Shown here one piece after another: positions 1 to 12,039 of a stretch of DNA of 64,000 bases. Within the stretch, counting starts at the first letter, position 1, and the number at the start of each line of letters is the position of its first letter. The stretch covers positions 66,464,001 through 66,528,000 of the forward strand of contig OZ360226.1 in the NCBI GenBank assembly GCA_977017645.1, given 5' to 3'. The DNA comes from Torpedo marmorata (taxonomy: Eukaryota). A program made the translations under genes and the position numbers. The notes beneath the pieces were generated by a model. That model saw only the letters and a program-made list of their open reading frames with translations, ran no database searches and had not been told where the DNA came from.

Positions 1-287
1 ATGCAGAAAGAAAATGATATTGCATTGCAGCAATGTAACAAGCAAGATGAAGAAATTCAAACATTTCAAGTTTACCACAGTGGGGTTGACAACAGAAGTA
101 CCAATGTATCACATGATCTTTTCACTTTAGATCAAGTTATTAATTTCTCGGAAGATAATGAGAGAATTATTTTATTATTGAAAGAATTGAATACAGAAAG
201 AGAATCTAATAAAAGGCTTCAAAATAAATGGTCAGAAACAGAGACTGAATTGAAAGTTGCAAAATTGGATCTGGAATTGCAGGAAAA
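1..287 (+). pseudogene. 5' part of an unknown coiled-coil ORF of an LTR element, split by an L1 insertion
   Basis: Frame ...KVAKLDLELQE ends in a 15-bp TSD ggaattgcaggaaaa (273-287) that recurs at 9017-9031, where the frame resumes ELQEKAIETRVVEK. Confidence 0.75.
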
Positions 288-606
288 TTATAGGACATGG
301 TTCTATATTAATCTTAAAAATCAATGTTAAAGTTTTAAAAATATCCTTCCAAAATATCTCCAAATTGGGGCATTCCCAAAACATATGTATCAGTGAAGCT
401 TCAAAAATTTTACACCTCTCACACAGTGGATCAATATCGGTGTAAAAACGTGATAGTTTAAGTTTAGACATATGAATTCTATATACCACTTTAAATTGTA
501 ATAAACAGTGTCTTGCACAAAATGATGAGGCATTAATTAGATTAAGAGTATGGTACCACTCTTCATCTGAAAATGTAACATTCAAATCACGTTCCCATTC
601 ATTCTT

Positions 607-1168
607 TTTTAAAATTTATTATTGAATATTTATTTTCTGTATTGCACAGTCAGTTTGTTTACATTTCATTATTTGTTTACATTTCTCTCTTTTGTATAGG
701 TATCTTTTCTTTTTTTAAAATATTTTATTTTAAATTTTGAATTTTCTCACAGTAGTACAACATACGTAATATACATTATTAATTCCAGTAAATAAAAAAA
801 CATACTTTGTATTACAGTGTATCTAACCCATCCCTTAACCCACTCTCTATAATAGGGCTACCCCACCCTCCACCCTTCCCCTCCCTTTAATTCCCTCCCC
901 TTACTAAAATCTAAAAGAAAAGAACAGAAAGGAAGGCATTGGTATTACTTATTAAAAAAAAACATCTGCACGGATCGCTGCTGGGTCCACGATTCGACGC
1001 GTGGCATTCAACAATATTTATTCTTTAAATTTGAGAGAGTCAACAGGGTCTAGGATGTAGAGCAACACATTTAAATAATCATACCTAATGATTGGATATA
1101 TGAACGCCAAATTTGCAAAAATATCCCATATTTGTTTCTCATGTTATATATTCATGTTCCCATGTCAT
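607..1168 (-). mobile_element. Short antisense L1 3'-end insertion, with a Rex1-like 3' fragment at ~630-700
   Basis: TSD gttcccattcattctt at 591-606 and 1169-1184; T-rich tail at the left end; 630-700 resembles the Rex1 3'UTR at 28130-28200. Confidence 0.7.
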
Positions 1169-3100
1169 GTTCCCATTCATTCTTGATCCCCGTCATAGAA
1201 GCTACTCTGATTTCCAATAAATCATTATATATACATGATGTTAATCCACATTGGAAAAAGAACTGTAGATTAAAGAGTGAATTGAGAAAATTAGTACTTG
1301 GAATTCGAGGAAAATCTGAAAGCTTAGACTGAACAAAATGTCTAATTTATAAATATCTAAAAAAATGTCTATTAGTAAGATTAAATTTATTGACCAATTG
1401 TTCAAAAGAAGCAAAACTATCTCGAATAAAAAGATCATTAAAATTATGAATTCCCAACCTATACCATTCCCTAAATTCAACATCCAGCACAGACGGCTGA
1501 AAAAGGTGATTATATTAAGATTAATTTAGAACCATGTCCTATAATTTCCCTGTTTGGATTTTCACGTGAACCAAATATACTTTTGTCAGCAGCTCAGGAA
1601 AAAGTTTTAGCTTTTTCCACGTTGATAGCCAGACGAGCAATTTTATTGAAATGTAAAGATGATTCACCACCGACACATAGACAGTGGTTACAGGATGTAA
1701 TGTCCGATCTGAGTTTGGAGAAAATTAGATATAATATTAAAGATAGAAAGTTTCAATTTTTAAAGATATGAGGCCATTCATAGAATACTATCATGATTGG
1801 AAGAATTAATAAAGCTGATTATCCCGAGGAGTCTTTGTCCGTAGCCTGGAGGTCGCTACAGGATCCATATTTCTTCCCTTTTTTTTCCAATATAAAGGTA
1901 ACCTTGTTTAGAGGAAGGGGTTAGATTAGAATAGTCATTAGCGGTTTTTCTTTTTTTTTTGTTCTTGTTTTTTTTTTCTTTTATTTTGGATTTTTTTTTA
2001 GAATATTTACACGGGGGGAGGGGGGGACGTCACGTGATGTAGTGGAGCCAGGAAGTAAAAATCCAACCCTCCGGAAAAAAAGTTTTTAAAAAGTGCTGAA
2101 TAAGAAAAGTATTATTAACCAAACATAAAGAAAACAGTTTAGGAACTACCTTAGAACGATTTTAAAATGCCAGCAAAAAAACCAAGGAAGGTTGCAGGCC
2201 TATCGGGAATGCAAAAAGAACAACTGCAACAAGAAAGAAGGCCTACCGTTTTGATGGATCCAGGAGCTGAAGTAAGAGCCTCCTCCCGACCAAGGCAGGC
2301 CTCTACAGGGGCTGTGAGACGCTCTATAGTGCCATCACAGAAATATATGGAACCAGATGACGATGAGGATGAAGAAACACGACTGCACATGTGCGAGAAG
2401 TTGCACATGCGCAGAACACAAAAAATCCAAATTGTCAGCGAACAAGACACTACACCCCAGGCCAGCGACGAAGAAGAGGAATATGAACAAGAATTACCAA
2501 CACCTAAAGCTCCTAAAGTTCCTTGAGACAAAGGTTGGAAACCTAAACTAGATGAGGAAAGATATATATCCATAATGAGAGAATTTAAAGAGTTGAGAGC
2601 AGAAATGAAAAGTTATTTTGAAGTGGTAATAAACATGAATAACAGAATGGACAAAGTTGATAAAAAAGTTAAAAATATCGAGAATGAGATGGAAGGAGTA
2701 AAAGGAAGTGTGGATCGTATGGAAAATAATACAGATGCATGGATTAGTGAAAAAAACCAGCTCTGGGACAAAATAGATGTACTAGAAAACTTCAGTAGAA
2801 GAAATAATATTAAAATTGTTGGCCTTAAAGAAGGTACAGAAGGAGAAAATCTGATTTTTAAAAAAAATTCAAGAATGGATACCAGAAGTTTTGGAAATAA
2901 CAATGGATAAACCTATTGAAATTGATAGAGTACACAGAGCTTTAAGACCACATCAATTACAAGATCAAAAGCCAAGATCAATACTGATAAAATGTCTCCG
3001 TTATCAAGAAGAGAGATAATATTAACAGCAGCGGTACCAAGAGCTAAAGCAGGTAAAGGAGAATTGCAATCTGATGGAAACAAAGTCTTCTTTTATCCGG

Positions 3101-6100
3101 AAGAATCTATCATTCAATTCAATACAATGTTGGAGAAGAACTGTCATCATCAGCAGATTCGGAAGATGGAGGGAGAAAGAAGAGAGGGTATGAGGAAATG
3201 GAGAGAGAAGTTGAAGAGATGGAGGGAGAGAAAAGAGAAATAAGTGGAGGAGAGGAAACTCAGTTATTTGAAGGTAAACAAGAAATATCAGCTACTCTTA
3301 TTCAAGCTATAAATAACAGAACAAGTGTCTACAATAAATCAATGTATAGAATAATGATTTACAGCTATAGACAGTAATTTTACTGAGTTTAAGGAAGAAA
3401 TTAAAGACATTAAACACAATATGAAAAAATGTGCAACTGCTGTGGATAAAGTAACACTGAAAGTCCAGAAAGTTGAAAATGAGGTTAAAGAATGTCATGA
3501 AGAAATGGTGGACTGTAAAGATATAGTGGACAAAGTGGAAGACTCATTTACAGGCTGGGAACAACAAGGAAATTAACTTTTACAAAAAATAGATTCATTG
3601 GAGAATCATAGTCGAAGAAATAATGTTAAAATTGTGGGATTTCCCGAAGATTATGAAGGGATAAATTCAACTGAATTCTTTCAAAATTGGATTCCAAAAA
3701 CTTTGGGTAGTGAAAATTTTCCAAATGGACTTGAATTAGATAGAGCTCATAGAGATAACAGAAGGAAATCATATCCTGGAAAAATGCCACGCTCAGTGTT
3801 ACCAGCATAAAGAGAAGATATTGAGATTAGCTAGAAAGAACCAAGGTCCATTGATGATCAATAAAAACAGGGTATTTTTTATGCTGATTTAAGCGCAGCA
3901 ATAATTAAAAATCGAAAACAATTTAACCCAGCCAAAGCAATTTTTTGGAACAAAGGATATAAATTTTCATTTAGATATCCTACCATATTGAAGGTACAGT
4001 CTGGTGAAAATCAGTCATCTTTTTTTACTGACCATCAAGAAGCTTTGAAGTATGCTAATTCACTCCTAAATTTCAAGAAAGATCAAGATTTGATTGGGCA
4101 ATCTCCAGTTATTATGGAACTGACTCAGGACTTGTTTCAATTAAGAGAGAAATTTCAAGTAACTTCAGGATAAGAAGATGTAGTCGAAATAGAGGATGAT
4201 CAAGTTAACAGAGATCTTGAAAATGCTGGACTGGGATGAAGAAACAATAACAAATGTTATGTAAAATCTGTTTGGGGGGGTTGATTTTTGTCTTCTCCGC
4301 ACCTAACCACACTTCACCTTAATGGCGAGGGCCACTTCCCGAACAGTAGAGGGTGGTAGTACCAGTATTATATATTTTTTCTTTTTTCTTTTTTTTTTAA
4401 ATATAGTGGTTTTTTAAACTTTTTTTATTTCTTACTTTTTTAAATTTTCTAAGGAGATGTCAAATATATTACAAATGTGGAAGGGGGAACAAGTCGGACG
4501 GATAGAGAGAGACTTATTAAATATTAGAAATGGCGGATAGTAAATCAATAAATGTACTAAGTATGAATATAAATGGGCTAAATAATCTGATTAAAAGGAA
4601 GAAAACTTTAGCATATATTAAAAAATTAAAAGTTGATATAGCTTTTTTCACAAGAGACACATTTGAGAGAAATAGGACATCAGAAGTTGAAAAGAGAATG
4701 GGTTGGTCAAGTGGTAGCATCTTCATTTAATTCTAAAGCAAAAGGAGTTGCTATATTAATTAATAAAAAGTTACCTTTTAAAATACAATCTGTGGTTATA
4801 GATGTTGCAGGAAGATTTGTCTTAATAAATTGTCAAATATATTCAGAAATGTGGACACTTATGAATATATATGTGCCAAATATGGAAGATGAACAATTTA
4901 TTCAAGACTCTTTTATGCATTTGTCGGAAGCAAATGATAATATTTTAATTAGTGGAGATTTTAATTGTTGTTTAGATCCAATAATGGATAAAACATCGAA
5001 ATAAATTATTAGAACAAAAACTGCTAAAATAATTCTTACTTTGATGAAAGATTTAAATTTAATAGATATTTGGAGGAAGTTGCATCCAAAAGAAAAAGAC
5101 TATTCCTTTTACTCATTTAGACATGATTCTTATTCTGGAATAGACATGTTTTTTATTGTCATCACAATTAGAAGAGAGGGTGACTCAAGTGCAATATGAA
5201 GCAAGAATAATTTCTGATCATTCACCTCTTTTAATGTCATGGATAATTCCAGAAAAAGAAAAAAAAATATATAGATGGAGATTTAATTCTTCCTTATTGA
5301 AAATAATGTTTTTTTGTAATTATATCAGAAGAGAAATTCAAGAATTTTTACAGATTAACTCTAATTCGACTAATAATACATTTATTATTTGGGTAGCTTT
5401 AAAGGCTTGTTTAAGAGGTCAAATAATAAATTATTCAGCAAAAATTAAGAAGGAATATATTCGGGAATTGGATAATCTGGAGAGGGAGATTGAGTCTTTG
5501 GAGAAAGATTTGCAAGAAATGGGAACAGAAGAAAAGAGAAAAAACTTAATTAAGAAAAAATTGCATTATAATACATTACAAACATATAAAATGGAAAAAT
5601 TAATTGAAAGAACTAAGCAAAGATATTACCAACTGGGAGAAAGAGCTCATAAAGTGTTAGCATGGCAACTAAAGAAAGAACAAATTTCTAGAACTATAAG
5701 TGCTATAAAAAAGTATTCAAAGAAAATAACATATAAACCTCGAAAAAATAAATGATTAATTTAAGGAATTTTATTTAAATTTATATTTGTCTCAAACTGA
5801 TAAAGATGAATCTAAAATTAATGAATATTTATCTAAAATTAAGTTATCTAGATTAAATACCCAAAGTAAAATTTTTTAAGATGCATCATTTACGATGAGA
5901 GAAGTTAATGATGCTCTTTAATTCCTTAACAAGTGGAAAATCTCCTGGGGAGGATGGTTTCCCATCAGAATTTTATAAGGAATTTAAAGATTTATTGTTA
6001 CCTCCATATATGGAGGTGTTAAAACAAATAACAGAATCTCATTCGCTATTGGAAACATTTTCAAATGCAATAATAACAGTTATACCTAAAAAAATAGAGA

Positions 6101-8597
6101 TTTGTTGAAAACAGAATCATATAGACCAATTTCATTGTTAAATGTGGATTATAAGATAATGGCAAAAATTTTAGCAAATAGAGTGGCAAGATATTTACCA
6201 GATTTAATTCATGCAGATCAGACGGGTTTTATTAAGAATAGATATTTAAAGGTTAATATTGCCAGATTGATTAGTTTAATAAATGTGGCACAAAAGAAAG
6301 AGGAATTAGCACTAGTATTAACATTAGATGCTGAAAAGGCTTTTGCTAGATTAGAATGGAATTATTTATTTGAAGTGTTGGAAAAATTTGGTTTTGGAAC
6401 TACATTTATTAATTAGATTAAAACTATATATAAAGATCCCTCTGCCAGGGTGGTGACAAATGGACACATTTCTTCAAATTTTTGTTGACTAGGTCAACTA
6501 CACAAGGATGTCCTTTGTCGCCAGCATTGTTTATTTTAGCAATAGAACTTTTAGCAGAATTAATTAGACAAGATATTAAGATTGTAGGTATTAAAGTTGG
6601 AAAAGAAGAACATAAAGTTAGTTTATTTGCAGATGATGTATTGATTTACATGACAAAACCTATTAATTCTTTAACACAATTGACTGTTTTATTGAGAGAA
6701 TATGGGGAAATATCTGGTTATAAAATTAATTCTATAAAATTGAAATTATGCCATTAACACAAGGAGACTATAATAAATGTAAACAAATTACACGATTTAA
6801 ATGGTCAAATAATGGAATTAAATATTTGGGAATAAAAATATATACAAAATTAGGTAATTTATATAAATTAAATTATTTACCTTTATTTACTAATATTAAA
6901 AAGAATTTAGAGAGTTTGAACGATTTACCTATAACTTTAATAGGAAGGGTAAATTGTATCAAAATGAATGTTTTTCCAAGAATTCAATTCCTTTTTCAAT
7001 AAATTCCTTATGAAATTCCTCAAAAATTCTTTAAGGATTTAAATTTAATTATTAGGAAATTTTTGTGGAAGGGAAAGTTGGCCAGAGTAGGTATGGAAAA
7101 ATTAGCTTGGAATTATGAAATGGGAGGTTTACAATTTCCCAATTTTCAAAATTATTATAAGGCAGCTCAATTAAAATTTATTAATGAAATGTTTGATTTA
7201 GAAAAATCTTCTGCTTGGATTAGAATAGAATTAAATAATATAGGAGAAGATTTGAAAGAAGAAGTTATTTATAAATGGAATTCTAAATTATTATTAAGGG
7301 GAGGTAAAATTCTCCTATTTTAAAACATTTGTTAGAAATATGGAATAAATTTGATCGGGAGAGGAGGGAAAGGGTTAATTTCTTGTAAAATGCCTTTATC
7401 CCAAAATAAACTTATCCCTATTACTATTGATAATAAATTGTTTAAAATTTGATTTCAAAAAGGGATTAAAAAATTAAATGATTGTTTTGAAGCTAGTAAA
7501 TTTATTACTTTCCAAAGCATGAGAGAAGTTTAAATGTATTAAATAATACACATTTTGCTTATCATCAAATAAAAACATTTTTAGTTGAAAAGTTAGGTCA
7601 TAGTTTAATTTTACCAAGACAAAGTGAATTGGCATCATTAGTTACTAATGGGGGTATAAATAACTTTATTTCTCAAATGTATAGATTGTTACAGAAAAAA
7701 ATGCGTAAACCAGGAATTCATAAATCAAGATTAAAATGGGAATCAGATTTGAATGTAACAATAGATGAAGAACATTGGAAAGAAATATGTAAACAAAGTA
7801 TGATGAAAATTATTAATGTTAGATATAGGTTGGTGCAATATAATTTTTTGAATCAATTATATTTAACGCCTAAGAAACTAAAGAAATTTAATTTGAGATT
7901 ATCACTTATGTTTTAGATGTAATAGAGAGGAAGGTTCTTTTGTACATTCTACGTGGCTTTGCCCAAGGATACATGTTTTTTGGCTGAAAGTTAAAAAAAT
8001 TTTAGACAAATTATTAAGAATTACACTCCCAGTGAATCCTATGATATTTTTGTTTGGAGATATTAAAAGAATTACTGTAGAAATTAAAATGAAATTAAAT
8101 ATGTATCAAATAGAATTTTTGCGAATTGCTTTAGCTGTTTCAAAGAAATGCATTGCTATTACATGGAAGTCTGATGTAGATTTAGGGTTAGAGAGATGGC
8201 ATGCAGAACTTCGTTCATGTATACCACTTGAAAAAATTACTTTAAATTTACGTAATAAATATCATTTATTTTTGAAAATATGGAGCCCATATATAAAGAC
8301 TGTGGGTTTAAGGATTTGAGGATCTCTTGCTATCAGGTCTGACTGGTGAACCTGTGTTCCACAATAAAATTAATGTATAGTTGTTTTTTTTTAGATTGAC
8401 ATTCTCCAATTACTTTTTTTTTTTTTCTTTCTTTCTATATTATTAGAGTAGTAGTGGTGGGTGTGTTAGGGAGGGGGAAGGGAGGGAGGGGAGGGTGAAA
8501 ATATATCATATGTATTCTGATAATTTTGCATTTTATAAACATGTATTATCGTGTGATTTAAAATTTTAAATACATTTTTTTTTAAAGAAAAAAAAAA
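3101..8597 (+). mobile_element. Third L1 (5'-truncated within ORF1, nearly complete ORF2)
   Basis: Second ORF1 copy ENHSRRNNVKIVGFPE (3598-4173), then ORF2; A-rich end at ~8597; same family as the L1 at 46511-55254. Confidence 0.85.
4530..8319 (+). pseudogene. L1 ORF2 (APE endonuclease, RT, Cys-rich domain), frameshifted
   Basis: Motifs NINGLN, GDFN, SDH, YRPISLLNVDYK, LDAEKAF, QGCPLSP, FADD across several ORF pieces. Confidence 0.92.
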
Positions 8598-9016
8598 GTT
8601 ACTAATTAAAAACCATTCAGGTCACTTTATCTTTCTTCATACTTTTCTTTTATTTCTTTTCTATCTTTTGTTTCTTCTTTCCTGGGGTTTTGGTTTGGGG
8701 GGAGAGGGGGAAGGGGGACTGGGGTTTACCCATCGTGTATAAGTAGTGTAATAATAATAAATTGACATCTTGTTATGTATTATATAATTATGCATGTATG
8801 AATAAAAATTTCAAAAATAAAATATTCAAAAAAAAAAAGAATATTTACACAGAATAAGAGTTTTAACTTGAATTTAGAACTTGGTTAACATGACTTATTT
8901 GGTTTTTTTTTTATACATGTATAAACACCAGATGATGTTTCAAATGATTTTCTTAACTTGTTATTCTGTATACATGTTTATTTGTTGAAACTCAATACAA
9001 ATATTTTAAAAAGAAA

Positions 9017-9488
9017 GGAATTGCAGGAAAAGGCAATAGAAACCAGAGTGGTTGAAAAGACTGCGGTTTTAGTTAAAGAGATTTGTATGAGCCATAAGTG
9101 GAACCAGTTTACTTCTTTACAGAAGGTTTCTTCAAATGTGGTGGTTGTTGATGAGTTTGAAGAAATAATGTCGTTTGAATCTTACTTTATCTATGACCAA
9201 CGGCGGAAAAGAAAGAAAAAGATGAGCAAACCTGTTGCAGGAAAGGTTAAAGAGACTCGTTTATTAAAATTGAGAGGATTAGATAAATATTCAAAATCTG
9301 GTTCTGAATGTTCAAATTCTTCTTATGAGAAGTGGAATGCTGAAGAAAGGAAGAAAGTGAAATGACATGCTGAAGAAGCACCTCATGTTAAATTCAAAAG
9401 GAAAACTGTATATATTTTGTCTGAGGAAGATTTGAGGTTTACTGGTCGACGTTTTAACTCAAAGATTCTGGAGATAAAGGAACTTTGA
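9017..9488 (+). pseudogene. 3' part of the unknown LTR-element ORF
   Basis: In-frame continuation of 1-287; one TGA at 9363-9365 (possibly CGA decay), then open again to 9488; contains basic patch RRKRKKK. Confidence 0.65.
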
Positions 9489-9727
9489 TAAGTACAAACT
9501 GACTTTATTTTGTTGTTTTTTTGCCTACTACACAGGTTACAGACTTTATTGATCCAGAGTGGTGGTAAAGATTACTCTTTTCCAAGGCTGTGCTGGTAAT
9601 CTCTGGTCTTATGAAGAAAGAAGAATTGTATATGGTTTGAATGTTATATGTTTATTGTTATTTGTAATGGATTGTGTAATTTTTATTTAAGACATTACGT
9701 CTCATTATAATAATTAGGGGCCGGTAT

Positions 9728-10231
9728 TGTAGGAGCCAAAATGGGTAATTTGTTTACTTACCTTGTTTAGTCGGCGTCCCAGGGTTTAGAAGGCCACATT
9801 TGTTATAGTGTGCATGTGCGAGTGCCGGTTGGAGCATGCGCAGTGAATTCGTATATTGGATTGCCGGCTGGAGCATGCTCAGTGCGTTCGTATATTGGAG
9901 TGCTGGCTGGAGCATGCTCAGTGCATAGGTGTATTGGAATGCCGGCTGGAGCAGGCGCGGTGGGGCAGCGTGCAAATCGGGAGAAAGTATTATACAACAT
10001 GGCGATGTAGAGGAGAGTGAGTGAGATCCTCATAATTTTTGTTGACCGTTATTGCGGATCGTTCATATTTCGTTAAAGAAGATAGTTAAGTTATTGATGA
10101 TTGATACAAGTCATCGTGTGTTAATAAATCTTTTGAACCTATTGGACTTGGTAGTAAATTAATTGAAACACGTCACGAACAAGTGTCTCAGCTAGCCTCC
10201 AAGCGACTATTTATTGGATCGAAGTCGCTAC
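9728..10231 (+). mobile_element. 3' LTR of an LTR retroelement whose 5' part lies left of the window
   Basis: Termini TGTAG...CTACA; purine-rich aggggccggtat just upstream; AATAAA near 10123; abrupt junction into an unrelated gag at 10232. Confidence 0.7.
9824..9955 (+). repeat. 39-bp tandem repeat (about 3.4 copies) in the LTR U3 region
   Basis: Unit gccggytggagcatgc(g/t)cagtg...gtattgga repeats at 39-bp spacing. Confidence 0.85.
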
Positions 10232-12038
10232 AGGGCCCCTCGCCCGGTTAGCCCCTTAACAGAGTAGTCCTGGGACTCCATTATCTCACAATGACTACCT
10301 ACGTGCCCACATGAGGTCCCTCCATTTTCAGCTACCTCCCCGTTTTGGAGAGTCGGTGGGGTGCCCTTGTTGCAGACCTGGGACCGCGTGGTTACTGGTT
10401 GGGCGTAAAGGTTCAGGCACGCAGGAAGGAGGAACTGTGTCGTGGGACTCAGTTTCCTTAGGGTTATCACCATCCATCCACGCATACCCATCTCCCAACC
10501 ACGTGTTGATCCCCTCCCCCACCAGACAATGGCTCGGACTTTTCCTGGGTCAAGCTGCGAGCCAGACCAGCGAGCAGCTTGTAGCTGCTGTGTTTCAATC
10601 AGCTTGGAAGCTGCCTCCATGATTTTAAATTCTAAGTTGGTCACTTGCCCTTGGGCAATCTGCAGTGCCTCTTGCAGTTCCCAACACTCATGTTGCAGGG
10701 ATTCTATCTCCCTATCTTTCCAGGTCGCTTGCCCTTGGGCAATCTGCACTGCCTCTTGCAGTTCCCAACACTCAGGTTGCAGGGATTCTAGCTGCTCGAT
10801 ATTCTGAACACACTGCCTGCTTAATTCCGACGTGATATCCTACTGGCGCCTCAGTTGGGATACTAGTAGCCATAGAGCTTGCCCACTACTCTCCCTGCTC
10901 CCTTGAAACCCCAATTCTTCCAGAAGGGAGACCACGTGGTGCCCTATCTTCTGCCCGTGGGGTTCCAACCTGTCGATGCAATCGACTGCCGTGGCGAGGC
11001 TTACTAGCCACGCCGCCAAACGGCTGCACCCCTGACGATCATCGGTCCACCCGGGGATTTTATAATCTGACCCTGGGGTCCCTAGGGGTCGCCTCCTGAA
11101 ATCTGATGGATTTCAGACCCCATCTGAAATCAGTGATGTGGTCCCTGTCAGTGAGCAGGTACACAATCACACGTGCACCCGGCAAGATGCCCACACACAC
11201 AGTTATTAATACAATCTCCCACATGGTTAAGACTCCACGTGTGTCCAGTCGTAACTCTTTGAACCCAGCTCGCAGCGCCAATTGTTTTGTTGGGAAGAGT
11301 ATCAGGTTCGGTGGGTTCACAGAGAGACGAGTCTGGACACAAGTGTTACAATCACACGTAACTTTTATTATCACACGGGAAACAAACAGGGGAGAACGTT
11401 AAACGGTACACAATTACGAATTCACGTAAGCGACGATACAGACATTCACCTCGGACATCAGTTGGAGTCCGACAACGGTAAACCTATATTTGACCCCGCT
11501 CACACACTACACACACTGTTTCACTTAAGTGGCGATATAGATGTTGACCTCGGACATCAGTTGGACTCCGACAATGGTAAACCTATATTCGACCCCGCTT
11601 ACATACTATAAACAGGGACTCCTACACATGCTCCCGGTTCCCTGATCAACGGGGGTGCGGCTCTACTGCAAGTATTGATCTATCACATTACTACGGCTCA
11701 GCTTCAGTGTAGTGCACACCTTATCCGCGACCCTTCCAGCGACGGCCACAGTAGCAACCTGGCATGGAGCGGTGTCCGGGGCTTGGACCACGAGGCAGAG
11801 AGAGTGAATGTGCTCTGCGCTGGTGCTAAATACAGTGCTAATCTGGGCTGCTAGCCAATGATGACCCTAGGTGATTTAAATTAGCCAACGACGAGGTGTG
11901 CACTAATTAGTGGCCGGAAGCCAACCTTGATTGACAGGTGATGTGACTTCCGAATAAGTTTCAGACAGGGAGGACACGTGACCACCCGCAATACACACAT
12001 TCCAGATAGGCAGGGAGGTCACATTTCCTCCACACACA
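10232..12038 (-). mobile_element. LTR retroelement/ERV 5' remnant: leader plus degenerate gag N-terminus, class III/ERV-L-like
   Basis: Minus frames IPGW...ALWLLV, coiled coil with an 84-bp duplication, KVRAIV..GINTWLGDGYAW, ESQDYSVKGL resemble recalled ERV-L gag motifs (KVRALIGKEWDPxxWxGD; YTxxEL). LTR and PBS boundaries near 11840-12038 are uncertain. Confidence 0.5.
11421..11610. repeat. 99-bp direct repeat (2 copies) with an internal hairpin
   Basis: ttcacNtaag...cctcggacatcagttggaStccgacaa...gaccccgct at 11421 and 11520. Confidence 0.85.
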
Positions 12039-12039
12039 A

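Larger units (their letters stand above)
2013..8837 (+). mobile_element. Second L1 (intact 5' end, degenerate ORF1 2167-3100, 3'UTR 8598-8837) inserted in the outer L1 3'UTR
   Basis: 13-bp TSD agaatatttacac at 2000-2012 and 8838-8850; G-rich 5' start; ORF1 motif LENFSRRNNIKIVGLKEG; AATAAA plus poly(A) at the 3' end. Confidence 0.8.
288..9016 (+). mobile_element. Outer L1 (5'-truncated, 5'-inverted) hosting nested L1s
   Basis: 15-bp TSD at 273-287/9017-9031. ORF2 C-terminal part (CERC...HMFWEC) is inverted on the minus strand at 288 to ~1528, continues on the plus strand from ~1529 (EPCPIISLFGF...ARRAILLK), and the 3'UTR resumes at 8851 and ends A-rich at 9016. Confidence 0.85.
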
